Shown here: positions 52,110 through 62,510 of the stretch, one piece after another
Position numbering within the stretch: the first letter of the stretch is position 1
Layout: each line of letters begins with the position of its first letter
Source of the DNA: an uncultured Methanosarcinales archaeon
GTDB taxonomy: Archaea; Nanobdellota; Nanobdellia; Woesearchaeales; BS150m-G63
NCBI GenBank assembly: GCA_964630685.1
Contig: CAZVVW010000002.1
Coordinates: 25,559-89,558, forward strand
Reading direction: 5' to 3'
DNA: 64,000 nt
Translations under genes and position numbers: made by a program
Notes under the pieces: generated by a model
Seen by the model: only the letters and a program-made list of their open reading frames with translations
Told to the model about the DNA's origin: nothing
Databases searched by the model: none

Positions 52110-53810
52110 TTACATCTCCTCTAAAGGTTGAATTCCAAGTAATTGTAACCCATTTTTAATAGTTTCTTTTATTGAATAAATTAGTATGAGTCTTGCCAAT
52201 TCAATATCTTTGCTTTCTTGAATTACTTTGGTAGAATGGTAGTAAGTGTTAAATTCTTGGCATAATTCTGTGAGATAGTTTGGAAGAAGAGAAACTTTGT
52301 AAGTTTCAGTTATTTTTTCTATGATATTAGGAAAATCAGTTAGTTTTTTGATTAGGTTAATTTCTGATTCTAATTTTAGGAAATTGAGATTTGCTTTTTT
52401 TATCAGGTTTCCATCTATTTTAGTTGTGCTTTTATTTATTATGCTGTTGATTCTAGTACAAGTGTATTGGATATAAGGTCCTGTTTCTCCCTCAAAAGAT
52501 ATTGATTCTTTAGGGTCAAAGAGTATGTCTTTAATAGGATCAAATTTAATTAGGTAGAATCTTAGTGCAGCCATTGCTATTTTTTCTGCCCTTTCTTCTG
52601 CTTCTTTTTTTGGAAGTTTGTGTCTTGTTTTAATTGCTTGTTCTGCTAGTTCTTTTAATTCATCGATTAAAGTATCTATATCAACTATTGTGCCCTCTCT
52701 TGACTTCATCTTGCCTGTTGTAAGATTTACCATTCCATAAGCAAAATGATGACATTTGTCTGCGAAAGGATATTTGAGTTTTTTGAGTATTTCAAATAGA
52801 ACTTTGAAATGATAATTCTGTTCTGTTGCTACAACATAAATCAATTTATCAAATTTATAATCTTTGTAACGTGCATTAGCAAGATACATATCTTGAGTTA
52901 TGTAAACTGTTGTGCCGTCAGATCTTAGAAGTACTTTTTCTCCATAGCCTTCTTTTTCTAGGTTGATTATTACTGCTCCTGTATCGTCTTGTTTGAATAT
53001 TTTCTTTTTCAACCCTTCTTGTACAATTTTTTTACCTTTTTCATACATTTCACTTTCATAATATTCTTTTTGAAATTTGATGTTGAATTTTTTATATGTT
53101 TCTTGAAATCCTTTGAATGCCCATTTGTTCATCTTTTTCCAGAGGGCGATTGTTTTTGGGTCTTTTGCTTCCCATTTATGTAATAACTCTTTTGCTTCTT
53201 CTTCTAATTTAGGGTTGTCTTTTACTTTTTGAGCAAATAATACATAGTACTTTCCAACAAAAAAATCTGGCTTTAATTTAGCTTTTTCTGGAGTGCTGTT
53301 TCTTCCATATTTTTGATAAGCCAACATGGACTTGCACACGTGAATTCCTCTGTCGTTGTTGATGTTAGTGGGGATGATTTTTTTCCCACCAAATTCTAGG
53401 ATATTACATAACGCTTGTCCTAGACACATGTTCCTTGCATGTCCTAGATGAAGAGGTTTGTTTGTGTTTGGTCCGGGATATTCAATCAGCACTTTTTGTG
53501 TTGTTGGTTTTACTTTTCCATAATTTTCTTTTTCTTTGAATATTTTTTTGAGTGTTTTTTCTGTTAGATTTGTTTTGCTGATAAAGAAATTTAAATAAGG
53601 GCCATTTGCCACTATTTTTGAAATGTTTCCTTCTGGTTCTATTTTTGAAAGGTCTTGAGCTATCTCTACTGGAGCTCTTTTTAATTTTTTAGATAAGATA
53701 AAGCAAGGAAAAGCATAGTCTCCAAATTTAGTATCTGGAGGTATCTCTAATGGAATTTCCTCTAATTTAGTCTCTTTTTTTAATAGTTTGATAATGTCTT
53801 GGTCAAACAT
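52110..53810 (-). CDS. argS: Arginyl-tRNA synthetase
   Basis: PNTNKPLHLGHARN (HIGH-type) and the C-terminal DALR anticodon-binding domain. Confidence 0.85.
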   Translation of the reverse strand: MFDQDIIKLLKKETKLEEIPLEIPPDTKFGDYAFPCFILSKKLKRAPVEIAQDLSKIEPEGNISKIVANGPYLNFFISKTNLTEKTLKKIFKEKENYGKVKPTTQKVLIEYPGPNTNKPLHLGHARNMCLGQALCNILEFGGKKIIPTNINNDRGIHVCKSMLAYQKYGRNSTPEKAKLKPDFFVGKYYVLFAQKVKDNPKLEEEAKELLHKWEAKDPKTIALWKKMNKWAFKGFQETYKKFNIKFQKEYYESEMYEKGKKIVQEGLKKKIFKQDDTGAVIINLEKEGYGEKVLLRSDGTTVYITQDMYLANARYKDYKFDKLIYVVATEQNYHFKVLFEILKKLKYPFADKCHHFAYGMVNLTTGKMKSREGTIVDIDTLIDELKELAEQAIKTRHKLPKKEAEERAEKIAMAALRFYLIKFDPIKDILFDPKESISFEGETGPYIQYTCTRINSIINKSTTKIDGNLIKKANLNFLKLESEINLIKKLTDFPNIIEKITETYKVSLLPNYLTELCQEFNTYYHSTKVIQESKDIELARLILIYSIKETIKNGLQLLGIQPLEEM

Positions 53811-53883
53811 GTGTTTTAAAAAAGAGACGTGGTTTATATTATTTTTGTTGTTTTATCCGAAAACTTTTAAATAAAGCGAGATA

Positions 53884-54780
53884 TTGAGGGATTATATGGA
53901 AAACGAACAAGATTATATCAAGGCAGGTGAAATAGCTGCTAAAGCATTGAAATATGGTGCTGAGTTGATTAAGCCAGGGGCTAGTTGGATTGAGGTAGCT
54001 GATAAAATAGAGGCTAAAATACATGAGTTGGGTGGAGAAATTGCTTTTCCTGCTCAAATGTCTTTAAATGATGTTGCTGCACATTTTATTCCTGCTTTGG
54101 GAGAAGATGTGGTGTTTAAAGATGAAGTTGTTTGTTTAGATGTGGGGGTTCATATCAATGGTTTTGTAGGGGATAATGCTTGTACTGTGGATTTGAGCGG
54201 AAAAAATGGTGAGTTGGTTAAAGCTTCAAGAGAGGCGTTAAATGCTGCTTTGAAGTTAGTTAAGCCAGGAGTGGAGCTTAGGGAAATTGGTGCTAAAATA
54301 CATGAAGTTATCACTAGTTATGGTTTTTCTCCTGTAAGAAATTTAAGTGGACACGGAGTTGAAGAGTATAAGATTCATACTCATCCGAGTATTCCTAATT
54401 ATGATAATGGGGATAGAACTAAATTAATGGAAGGAATGGTGATTGCTATAGAGCCGTTTGCTAGTGCAGGTGCAGGAATAATCTACGAATCTGGAGACCC
54501 CAATATTTTTGTTTTAGGAGATAAAAAACCAGTACGTAATATGATGACTCGTGCTGTGTTAAAAGAGATTGAAAAATTCAAAGGATTGCCATTTACATTA
54601 AGGTGGTTGGTTGATAAATTTGGTGAATCTAGAGTAAAGTTTGCAATAAGAGAGATGTTGAATCTTAAGATGCTTGATCAATATCCTTCATTACCTGATA
54701 AAAATCATGGATTGGTGAGCCAGGCAGAACACACGGTTATTGTTAAAGATAAACTTATTGTGACAACATTATTAAAATGA
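53884..54780 (+). CDS. map: Methionine aminopeptidase, type 2 (archaeal)
   Basis: Pita-bread fold metal ligands (DVGVHINGFVGD, HGVEEYKIHT, EPFAS). Confidence 0.85.
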   Translation: MRDYMENEQDYIKAGEIAAKALKYGAELIKPGASWIEVADKIEAKIHELGGEIAFPAQMSLNDVAAHFIPALGEDVVFKDEVVCLDVGVHINGFVGDNACTVDLSGKNGELVKASREALNAALKLVKPGVELREIGAKIHEVITSYGFSPVRNLSGHGVEEYKIHTHPSIPNYDNGDRTKLMEGMVIAIEPFASAGAGIIYESGDPNIFVLGDKKPVRNMMTRAVLKEIEKFKGLPFTLRWLVDKFGESRVKFAIREMLNLKMLDQYPSLPDKNHGLVSQAEHTVIVKDKLIVTTLLK

Positions 54781-55046
54781 GAAATTTTGTAAATTGTAAA
54801 AATCAAGGGTGTATAAATGTTCTTGAAGGATTGGTGGATTTACGACTTAATTCAGAATTAAATGAATTCAAACTTAATGAGATTTCCGATAATGTTGTTG
54901 GTTTAAGATATTATTTTAGAATGTATAATAAAATTTTTAATACAGAAAATTTTGAACAAAAAAGGAAATATTGTGTAGGTAGGATTAAAGCACATGTTTC
55001 ACAATTAAATTATTATATTTCTACTGGAAAAATTAAGAAAAGATAA
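54777..55046 (+). CDS. Hypothetical protein (89 aa)
   Basis: ORF with an ATGA overlap to map; no recognisable motif. Confidence 0.3.
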   Translation: MRNFVNCKNQGCINVLEGLVDLRLNSELNEFKLNEISDNVVGLRYYFRMYNKIFNTENFEQKRKYCVGRIKAHVSQLNYYISTGKIKKR

Positions 55047-55232
55047 TTATTTTTTGAGGAGTCTGGGAATTCTAACTATAAATTTCCAATGCTGAATTGT
55101 GTGGGTGATTATTAAAATTAAGAATATTGGTTGAATAAATGTTAATGAGGTTAATTTAAAAATTTTAGAGATAATCATGACTATAAGTGCTAAAAGTAAT
55201 AAGATGTCTATGATTATTATTGATTTTTTCAT
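55047..55232 (-). CDS. Hypothetical small membrane protein (61 aa)
   Basis: Two hydrophobic segments; weak support. Confidence 0.25.
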   Translation of the reverse strand: MKKSIIIIDILLLLALIVMIISKIFKLTSLTFIQPIFLILIITHTIQHWKFIVRIPRLLKK

Positions 55233-55252
55233 AATTTTGGTTTGTTTAAGAG

Positions 55253-56527
55253 TTATAAAAACTTTTTGATTAATTTGTCCATACTTAGATATTCTTCTTT
55301 GCCTGTTTCCATGTTTTTTAGTTTTAGTTTATCTTTTTTGAGTTCATCAGGTCCTATGAAAAGAACATAAGGAATATCTAAGTTGTTTGCGTAATCAAGA
55401 TTTTTTGAGATGCCTCTCTTCATTATATCAAATGCTGTTTTAATGTTATTTTCTCTTAATTGTTGGGCAATCTTTAAACTTTCTTTTTGTGTTTGTATGG
55501 GGATTATGTATAGTTGGGCAACTGAACTTTTGTTTTTTGATTTTATTGCATCTGAAAGCACATCTAATCCAAAAGAGATGCCTACTGCAGGGAATTCTTT
55601 TTTAGTGTCCAGAAGTTGAGGAATCATGTTATCATATCTTCCTCCTGCAGAGATTGCGCTTTTTATCTCTGAATTGATTAGGAATATCTCAAAAACAGTT
55701 CCTGTGTAATATGCTAATCCTCTTGCAAGTGAGATGTCAAAAGTGGTTTTTGCTTTGTAATTGTTTAGATATTTGAATAATTCTTCTAGTTCTTCTAACC
55801 CTTGTTTTCCAATATCTGAAGTTATTAATTTTTTTAGTTTTGAGAGTTTTTCTTTGTTAGTTCCTTTTATGTTGAGTATTTTTTTTATTTTTGAGAGCTG
55901 TGTTGGTGAAATTCCTTTTTCTTTTAGTTCTTTTTCAACTGTTTTTATTCCAAATTTTTCTAATTTGTCAATTGAAAGGATGACTGTCTCATCTTTTTCT
56001 TTTGGTACTTCTGCGAAATCCAAAATTCCATTTAAGAGTTTTCTGTTATTTATTCTTATCTCGGCTTTTAGCTTGAGTTTTTTTAGGATTGTTGATGAGA
56101 TTGCGAGTATCTCTGCATCTGCACTCATTTTTTTACAACCAATAATATCAACATCACATTGCCAGAATTCACGGTAACGCCCTAGTTTTATAGGGCCATC
56201 TCTGAATACTTTTCCTATTTGATATCTTCTGAAAGGAATCTTTAATTGAGGATTCATCCCAATATATCTGCTTAATGGAACTGTGAGATCATATCTTAAA
56301 CCCAAATCTCTTTTTCCTTGATCTTTTAGTATGAACATTTCTTTAAGAATTTCTTCGCCACCTGCATATTTTGAGGAGAGCACTTCCTGTCTTTCTAGCA
56401 TCGGAGTTTCTAATGGGTTGTAACCATAAAGCTCAAAAACATTTCTTAGAGTTTCCACTATTTCTTGCTTTTGTATCTTTTCTTTAGGATCTACATCCCT
56501 TACTCCTTTTGCTAATTGCAGTTTCAT
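55253..56527 (-). CDS. hisS: Histidyl-tRNA synthetase
   Basis: Class II motifs (FRYQIGKVFRDGP, GGRYD) and a C-terminal anticodon-binding domain. Confidence 0.85.
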   Translation of the reverse strand: MKLQLAKGVRDVDPKEKIQKQEIVETLRNVFELYGYNPLETPMLERQEVLSSKYAGGEEILKEMFILKDQGKRDLGLRYDLTVPLSRYIGMNPQLKIPFRRYQIGKVFRDGPIKLGRYREFWQCDVDIIGCKKMSADAEILAISSTILKKLKLKAEIRINNRKLLNGILDFAEVPKEKDETVILSIDKLEKFGIKTVEKELKEKGISPTQLSKIKKILNIKGTNKEKLSKLKKLITSDIGKQGLEELEELFKYLNNYKAKTTFDISLARGLAYYTGTVFEIFLINSEIKSAISAGGRYDNMIPQLLDTKKEFPAVGISFGLDVLSDAIKSKNKSSVAQLYIIPIQTQKESLKIAQQLRENNIKTAFDIMKRGISKNLDYANNLDIPYVLFIGPDELKKDKLKLKNMETGKEEYLSMDKLIKKFL

Positions 56528-56631
56528 GTTGTCTATTTTGTTGCTTTTTATTTATATAATTTTGTGTTTTAAAGGGGTTTTAAGGCAATTTATCGAAATC
56601 TTTTTAAAGCCACCAAAATTCCAAACAAGTT

Positions 56632-57195
56632 ATGGCAAAGCTAAGAAAGGGAATAGCGTATAGTAAGACCTTTGTTAGGAACAAAGGTGCTAAAAAAGTA
56701 AGGCTAGAAAGAGCTTATACTAGGAAAAGTAAGTATAGGAGTAAGAGTTTTATTAGAGCTGCACCTAGAAATAGAATTATTAGGTTTGAAGGCGGAAATA
56801 TAAAGAAAAAATTTGAATATCAATTAGATCTTGTTTCTAAAGAACTTGTCCAAATAAGAGATAATGCAGTTGAAGCTGCAAGACAGACGAGTAATAGATT
56901 TTTAGAAAGAAATGTAGGTAAAACAGAATTCTTTTCTAAAATTAGAATATACCCTCATCATGTTTTAAGAGAAAATCCTTTGGCAAGCGGTGCAGGAGCA
57001 GATAGGATGAGTACTGGTATGAAGAAGAGTTTTGGAAAAAATATAGGTATTGCAGCGAGAGTTAAGGTTGGACAAGTGCTATGGACACTTAAAGTTAACA
57101 AACCCCATGTTGAGTTTGCTAGAAAAGCATTATTGAAATTTTCTCATAAATTACCTTGTAAATGTGCTATTCAATCTAAAGAGATTAAAGAGTGA
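56632..57195 (+). CDS. rpl10e: Ribosomal protein L10e (uL16)
   Basis: IRIYPHHVLRENPLASGAGADRMSTGMKKSFGK matches L10e/L16. Confidence 0.85.
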   Translation: MAKLRKGIAYSKTFVRNKGAKKVRLERAYTRKSKYRSKSFIRAAPRNRIIRFEGGNIKKKFEYQLDLVSKELVQIRDNAVEAARQTSNRFLERNVGKTEFFSKIRIYPHHVLRENPLASGAGADRMSTGMKKSFGKNIGIAARVKVGQVLWTLKVNKPHVEFARKALLKFSHKLPCKCAIQSKEIKE

Positions 57196-57246
57196 TTCGA
57201 GATAATTTGATTTAATAATCCTAGTTTTTAACCACAACATATTTAT

Positions 57247-58338
57247 ATGATTTCTTGTTTATTATTTTTTATGGATATTAATGCTATGGCTGTAATGGAT
57301 GTGGTTAATACTGTTTTAGGCAATAAAGCACTCACATCTTTAGTTGTTTTTCTTATTTATGCAGTGTTACTTGCACCAGTCACTAAATTAATTGAAGTGA
57401 TTGTGCTTAGATTGACTATTCATACTAAAACAAAGATTGATAATTTGTTAGTTAAAAGATTGTATAAATGGTTTTTTTACTTCTTGTTGTTCATAGGATT
57501 AAGAATATCTTTTGTTTATTCGGAACTTTTTTTGAGCCTTAAATCTACAATTACAATTGGTATTGATTCTATTTTAGTGTTACTCGTAGCTTATACTATT
57601 TATGTGATTATTGATGTATTCATCGAAGTTGGTGGAAAAAAATGGGCATCTAAAACCAAATCAACGGTTGATGATAGTTTGATACCTTTAGCAAGAAAAT
57701 TCACTAAATTGTTATTTATGGTTTTTGGTGTGTTGATAGTGCTTTCTAAATGGGGTATTGATGTAACTGCATTGGTTGCAGGATTGGGAGTAGCTGGAAT
57801 AGCAATAAGTTTTGCAGTAAAAGATTCCTTAGCCAATATTTTTGGTGGAATTTCAATTATTTTAGATCAGAGTTTTAGGGTTGGAGATAAAATTAAATTA
57901 GAATCTGGCGAAGTGGGTGTTGTTGAAGATATTGGGTTGAGAAGCACTAAAGTCAAAAATTATGATAATCAGATAATTATTTTACCTAATGGGAAAATGG
58001 CAAATGCTAAAATTATTAATTATGCTAAACCAAATAACTTGATTAAGTTTAGGGTTAATTTTGGAGTTGAATATGGCACTAAACCTGAAAAAGTTAAAAA
58101 AGTGGTTATTGATGTTTTGAGTAAAATAGAAAAAGTTATTGAAGATCCTGCACCTAGTGTGATATTTAGAGAAATGGGCGATTCTGCTTTAGTTTTCCAA
58201 GCAATGGCTTGGGTTGACGATTATAATGACGCTTTTTTAACAAAAGAAGAAGCTACTTCTAAAATTTATTTGGCTTTGAATAAGGCTAAGATTGGGATAC
58301 CTTTCCCTCAGATGGATGTGCATCTGAAAAAAAGATAA
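57247..58338 (+). CDS. Small-conductance mechanosensitive channel (MscS family)
   Basis: TM3 pore helix TALVAGLGVAGIAISFA and an MscS beta-domain. Confidence 0.8.
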   Translation: MISCLLFFMDINAMAVMDVVNTVLGNKALTSLVVFLIYAVLLAPVTKLIEVIVLRLTIHTKTKIDNLLVKRLYKWFFYFLLFIGLRISFVYSELFLSLKSTITIGIDSILVLLVAYTIYVIIDVFIEVGGKKWASKTKSTVDDSLIPLARKFTKLLFMVFGVLIVLSKWGIDVTALVAGLGVAGIAISFAVKDSLANIFGGISIILDQSFRVGDKIKLESGEVGVVEDIGLRSTKVKNYDNQIIILPNGKMANAKIINYAKPNNLIKFRVNFGVEYGTKPEKVKKVVIDVLSKIEKVIEDPAPSVIFREMGDSALVFQAMAWVDDYNDAFLTKEEATSKIYLALNKAKIGIPFPQMDVHLKKR

Positions 58339-58705
58339 GATATTAAAAAATAAACTATTTTTTAAGTTATTTACCCAAAGATTTATAAACCCCCCCTTAC
58401 CAACAAGAAGATAGTAATATGTGTGAGAGAGCATTGGTAACAAATATTATATTTTTTAAAAATTAAAATATTATACTTTTCGCTTTTTCTGTTGATCATA
58501 TTTAATATAAATAGAAGGGAACAAAAATTTACAAAAAATTTTGTCCTCTTCAATCATAGTAGGTGTATATAATTTATTAATAATTTATGTCCACTACTAA
58601 AATTAAGTAATATTGTATGGATAAATTATGTGGATAAAATTTAGAAAATTTATATCTTTAAAATTAATGATTTCATAAATAAAGAGATATTACAGAGGTA
58701 AAAAA

Positions 58706-59926
58706 ATGTCAAATGAAAATAAATTTGAAGAGCTCAATTTAGATGAGCAATTGATGAAAGCAATCAATAGATTAGGGTTTACAGAACCCACAAAAATACA
58801 AAAAGATTCAATTCCTTTAATATTAGATGGTAAAGATGTAATTGGAGAATCTGCTACTGGAAGTGGTAAAACATTAGCTTTTGGTGCAGGAATTATAAAG
58901 GAGTGTACTCCAGGTGAAGGAGTACAAGCAATTGTTTTGGTACCAACAAGAGAGTTGGCAGAACAAGTAAAAGATGAGATAATCAAACTTTCTTATGGAA
59001 AACAAATAGGAATTCTTGCAATTTATGGCGGAGTTTCTATTAATCCACAAATAGATGGTTTAAGAAAATCAGAAGTTGTTATTGCAACACCTGGAAGATT
59101 ATTGGACCATATGGAAAGAAGAACTATAGATACTTCTAAAGTAAAACTATTTGTATTAGATGAAGCTGATAGAATGGTGGATATGGGTTTTATAGATGAT
59201 GTTGAAAGAATTATAAGCGCTTGTCCAAGAGATAGACAAACTTTGTTATTTTCTGCAACTATGTATGAATCTACAGAACATATTGCAAGGAAATATATGA
59301 AAAATCCTACAAAAGTGCAAGCTACTAAGATGGTAGATCCAACTAAATTAAGACAAACATATTATGATGTCCCTGCAAATCTGAAAAAAGAACTATTAAT
59401 CAATTTGTTGAAAAAAGAAAAATCAGATTTAGTGATGGTTTTTTGTAATACCAGAAGAATGACTGATATAGTTGTAGATGTTCTTAAAGCAAATGGTGTC
59501 AAAGCTGTTGGAATTCATGGCGGATTGAATCAACCAAAAAGATTGAAAACTATTGAGATGTTTCATCAAGGTAAATTTAGTGTTTTAGTTTGTACAGATG
59601 TGGCTGCTAGAGGATTAGATATAAAAGATGTAACACACATTTATAATTATGATGTTCCTTCTGAACCAGGGGATTATGTGCATAGAATTGGTAGAACAGC
59701 AAGAGCTGGAGAAGATGGCTTAGTGATTAATCTGATTTCTTATAGGGATTATGATAATTTTTCTAGATTGGTGAATACTCATAGGGATTATGATATCCAA
59801 AAAGAAGAAAGACCTTTTTTAAAACCAACAATTAAGGTTGAGAAAAGTTCTGGTGGTAGATCAAATAAGGGATATGGTGGAAGAAGAGGATCTAGAAGAA
59901 AATTTTTTAACAGAGGAAGAAGATAG
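58706..59926 (+). CDS. DEAD-box ATP-dependent RNA helicase with a C-terminal RGG/Arg-rich tail
   Basis: Q-motif, GSGKT, DEAD, SAT, HRIGRTAR. Confidence 0.9.
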   Translation: MSNENKFEELNLDEQLMKAINRLGFTEPTKIQKDSIPLILDGKDVIGESATGSGKTLAFGAGIIKECTPGEGVQAIVLVPTRELAEQVKDEIIKLSYGKQIGILAIYGGVSINPQIDGLRKSEVVIATPGRLLDHMERRTIDTSKVKLFVLDEADRMVDMGFIDDVERIISACPRDRQTLLFSATMYESTEHIARKYMKNPTKVQATKMVDPTKLRQTYYDVPANLKKELLINLLKKEKSDLVMVFCNTRRMTDIVVDVLKANGVKAVGIHGGLNQPKRLKTIEMFHQGKFSVLVCTDVAARGLDIKDVTHIYNYDVPSEPGDYVHRIGRTARAGEDGLVINLISYRDYDNFSRLVNTHRDYDIQKEERPFLKPTIKVEKSSGGRSNKGYGGRRGSRRKFFNRGRR

Positions 59927-59932
59927 TTTGGT

Positions 59933-60853
59933 TTAAATCCAACCAAATAATAGCATTACTAAAAATCCAGCTAAGCAACCTAAAGATAGGAAAGGCATTG
60001 CTGGATAAAATTTGTCTTTTTTTGCTTTTATTAATAATAAAAATAGTGCTATTGAAACGGATATTGGAATTGTCATGGTTTTTAGGAATCCAATTAAGTA
60101 TTCGTTGGTGAGCATTATTGTTTTAAGGATAACGCCTGCAAAGATTAGTGGGAAAATAATGTCTCCTCCACCCAAAATTGCGCTTTTTACATTTACTTTT
60201 TTCTGTTTTTTGTTTAATTTTTTTGTTAGTTTGACAAAATGTGCTTTTCCTTTTTTTAGTGAATAAGGGATCGCTAAACCTGCAAATGCTTTTGCATTTG
60301 TTTGGAATTTTGCTAGTTTTATCATGTGTTTTGACTGCCATACTGCAATCATATCATAGATTGAAATTAGAATTAATAGGATTGCTATTGATTGAAGATT
60401 CATTATTGGTACAAAAATAGATGCAATTCCCCCATATATGAATAGTTCTGTAATGTTGTGCACTATGATGTTTTGTCTGAATACTTTGTAGAATGATAGA
60501 ATCAGTGCCAACGCAGCTGCAATATATGTTCCGATGAATACATTAAATGCAATCGTTAATCCAAGAAAAACTGCCAGAAAAAACCAAATTTTCCAGACGT
60601 TTGTTTTTTTGAATTTGAATAAAAGATAAACTATTGCTGTTGCAATAAGTACTGCCGTGATTATGTATATGTAAGAAGTTGATTCTTCTATTTCAGGTCT
60701 TTCTAGATTGAGTGGTAGTGCTGTGTAAGTTAGGTTTCCTGTTTCTGTTGTCGTTTGATGGTCAATGTATTTGTTGATGATAATTAAACCAAATAGTTGG
60801 GAGAAGAAGAATAATAAAATGATAGTGAGTGTTATGTTAAAATTATGTTTCAT
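59933..60853 (-). CDS. Presenilin/signal-peptide-peptidase-like GxGD intramembrane aspartyl protease (polytopic)
   Basis: YD motif (SIYDMIAV), GxGD (LGGGDIIFP), and a PAL-like PAMP motif, within 8-9 predicted TM helices. Confidence 0.5.
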   Translation of the reverse strand: MKHNFNITLTIILLFFFSQLFGLIIINKYIDHQTTTETGNLTYTALPLNLERPEIEESTSYIYIITAVLIATAIVYLLFKFKKTNVWKIWFFLAVFLGLTIAFNVFIGTYIAAALALILSFYKVFRQNIIVHNITELFIYGGIASIFVPIMNLQSIAILLILISIYDMIAVWQSKHMIKLAKFQTNAKAFAGLAIPYSLKKGKAHFVKLTKKLNKKQKKVNVKSAILGGGDIIFPLIFAGVILKTIMLTNEYLIGFLKTMTIPISVSIALFLLLIKAKKDKFYPAMPFLSLGCLAGFLVMLLFGWI

Positions 60854-60946
60854 GTTTTTTTGTAATGTTGCAGAGTTTATATAATTTATTGTTGGATAGG
60901 GTAAATTTTAAATAGTTTTTTAAACAAAAAGAGTTCTTAGATCGTT

Positions 60947-61180
60947 ATGGAAAACTATATTTTACATGAAAGAGAGAATTGCATAGGGTGTGGTGCATGT
61001 GTTTCACTTGATGAAGATAATTGGGAAATGGGAGACGATGGAAAATCTCAGTTGAAAGGTAGTGATGATGAGAATAAGAAAGAGATAAAACTTGATGAAG
61101 TGGAAGAATGTAAGGAAACTGCAGAAGCATGTCCTGTTAATGTGATTCACATCTATAAAGAAAACAAAAAAATAATTTGA
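60947..61180 (+). CDS. Small ferredoxin-like Cys-cluster protein
   Basis: CIGCGAC ... CKETAEACP arrangement. 77 aa. Confidence 0.5.
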   Translation: MENYILHERENCIGCGACVSLDEDNWEMGDDGKSQLKGSDDENKKEIKLDEVEECKETAEACPVNVIHIYKENKKII

Positions 61181-61187
61181 GGATAGG

Positions 61188-62510
61188 ATGGTAGAACTTC
61201 TTGCACCTGTAGGGGATTATGAAACTTTAGCTAGTGCGATTAATGCTGGAGCAGATTCTGTTTATTTTGGAATAGAATGGATAAATATGAGGTCAGCTTC
61301 TGCTAGAAATTTTAAGCTATCTGAATTGAAAAAAGTTATGAAAAAATTACATGATTTTGGTGTAAAAGGATATCTAACTTTGAATACAGTTGTTTTTGAT
61401 CATGAATTAGAAAGGGTTAAAAAGATTTTAGAAGAAGCTAAAAAGGCAAAAGTAGACGCAATTATTGCTGCAGATATCGCAGTTATTAAATTAGGTTGTG
61501 AACAAGGTATAGAAGTGCATGTTAGTACACAATTATCTGTGGCTAATTATGAATCAATTAAGTTTTTTTCTGAGTTTTCTCCAAGAATTGTTTTAGCTAG
61601 AGAGTGTACTTTAGATCAAATTAAATCTATGAAAAAAAAGATTAAAAAAGATGGGTTGAAATTTAAAGGTAGAGAGATTGAATTAGAAACATTTATTCAT
61701 GGTTCTTTGTGTGTGGCTTATTCTGGAAGATGTTTTATGAGTCAATATCATAATAGGTTATCTGCAAATAAGGGGCAATGTTTGCAAGAGTGTAGAAGGC
61801 AATATAATGTGATTGATGTTGAAGATTCTAGACGAGAATTTATTCTTGAAGGGGAATATATCATGTCGCCTAAAGATTTGTGTACTTTACCTATTTTGGA
61901 TAAATTAATTTCTGCTGGAATCAATGTTTTTAAGATTGAAGGGCGTGCTAAAGGGGCTGAATATGTGTATAAAGTTACAAAAGCATATCGGGAAGCGATA
62001 GATTTAATTGATAAAGGGAAATTTGGTTCTAAAGAGAAATTAAGATTGGTTAAAGAATTGGGTGACGTTTTTAATAGGGGTTTTTCAGATAATTTTTATT
62101 TGGGAGTACCGACAAATGATTCTTGGACAAAATATTATGGTTCTGCTGCTAAAACAAGAAAAGAAAAAATTGGTTTTGTTACTAATTATTATAATAAGTT
62201 GGGTGTTGTTGCAATAAAAGTTGAACAAAATTCTTTTAGTGAAGGCGATAAGATTTGTTTTATTGGAAAAACAACAGGATATTTTGAAGAAAAAGTTAAA
62301 GAGATACTTTTAGAAGGTAAGAAAGTTAAGATTGCTAAAAAAGGAGACGAAGTGAGTGTAAAGATTTCTGAGAAAGTTAGAGAGAATGATAATGTGTTTG
62401 TTGTGAAAGAAAGAGATGTAAATATTGAAGAGGAAAAGATTAAAACCCAATTAAGAAAAGTTGGCGTACATAAACCATTTAAAGACATTAAAAAGAAAGG
62501 AATGAACTGA
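61188..62510 (+). CDS. Peptidase U32-family protein
   Basis: ELLAPVGDYETLASAINAGADSVYFG N-terminal U32 signature. 440 aa. Confidence 0.75.
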   Translation: MVELLAPVGDYETLASAINAGADSVYFGIEWINMRSASARNFKLSELKKVMKKLHDFGVKGYLTLNTVVFDHELERVKKILEEAKKAKVDAIIAADIAVIKLGCEQGIEVHVSTQLSVANYESIKFFSEFSPRIVLARECTLDQIKSMKKKIKKDGLKFKGREIELETFIHGSLCVAYSGRCFMSQYHNRLSANKGQCLQECRRQYNVIDVEDSRREFILEGEYIMSPKDLCTLPILDKLISAGINVFKIEGRAKGAEYVYKVTKAYREAIDLIDKGKFGSKEKLRLVKELGDVFNRGFSDNFYLGVPTNDSWTKYYGSAAKTRKEKIGFVTNYYNKLGVVAIKVEQNSFSEGDKICFIGKTTGYFEEKVKEILLEGKKVKIAKKGDEVSVKISEKVRENDNVFVVKERDVNIEEEKIKTQLRKVGVHKPFKDIKKKGMN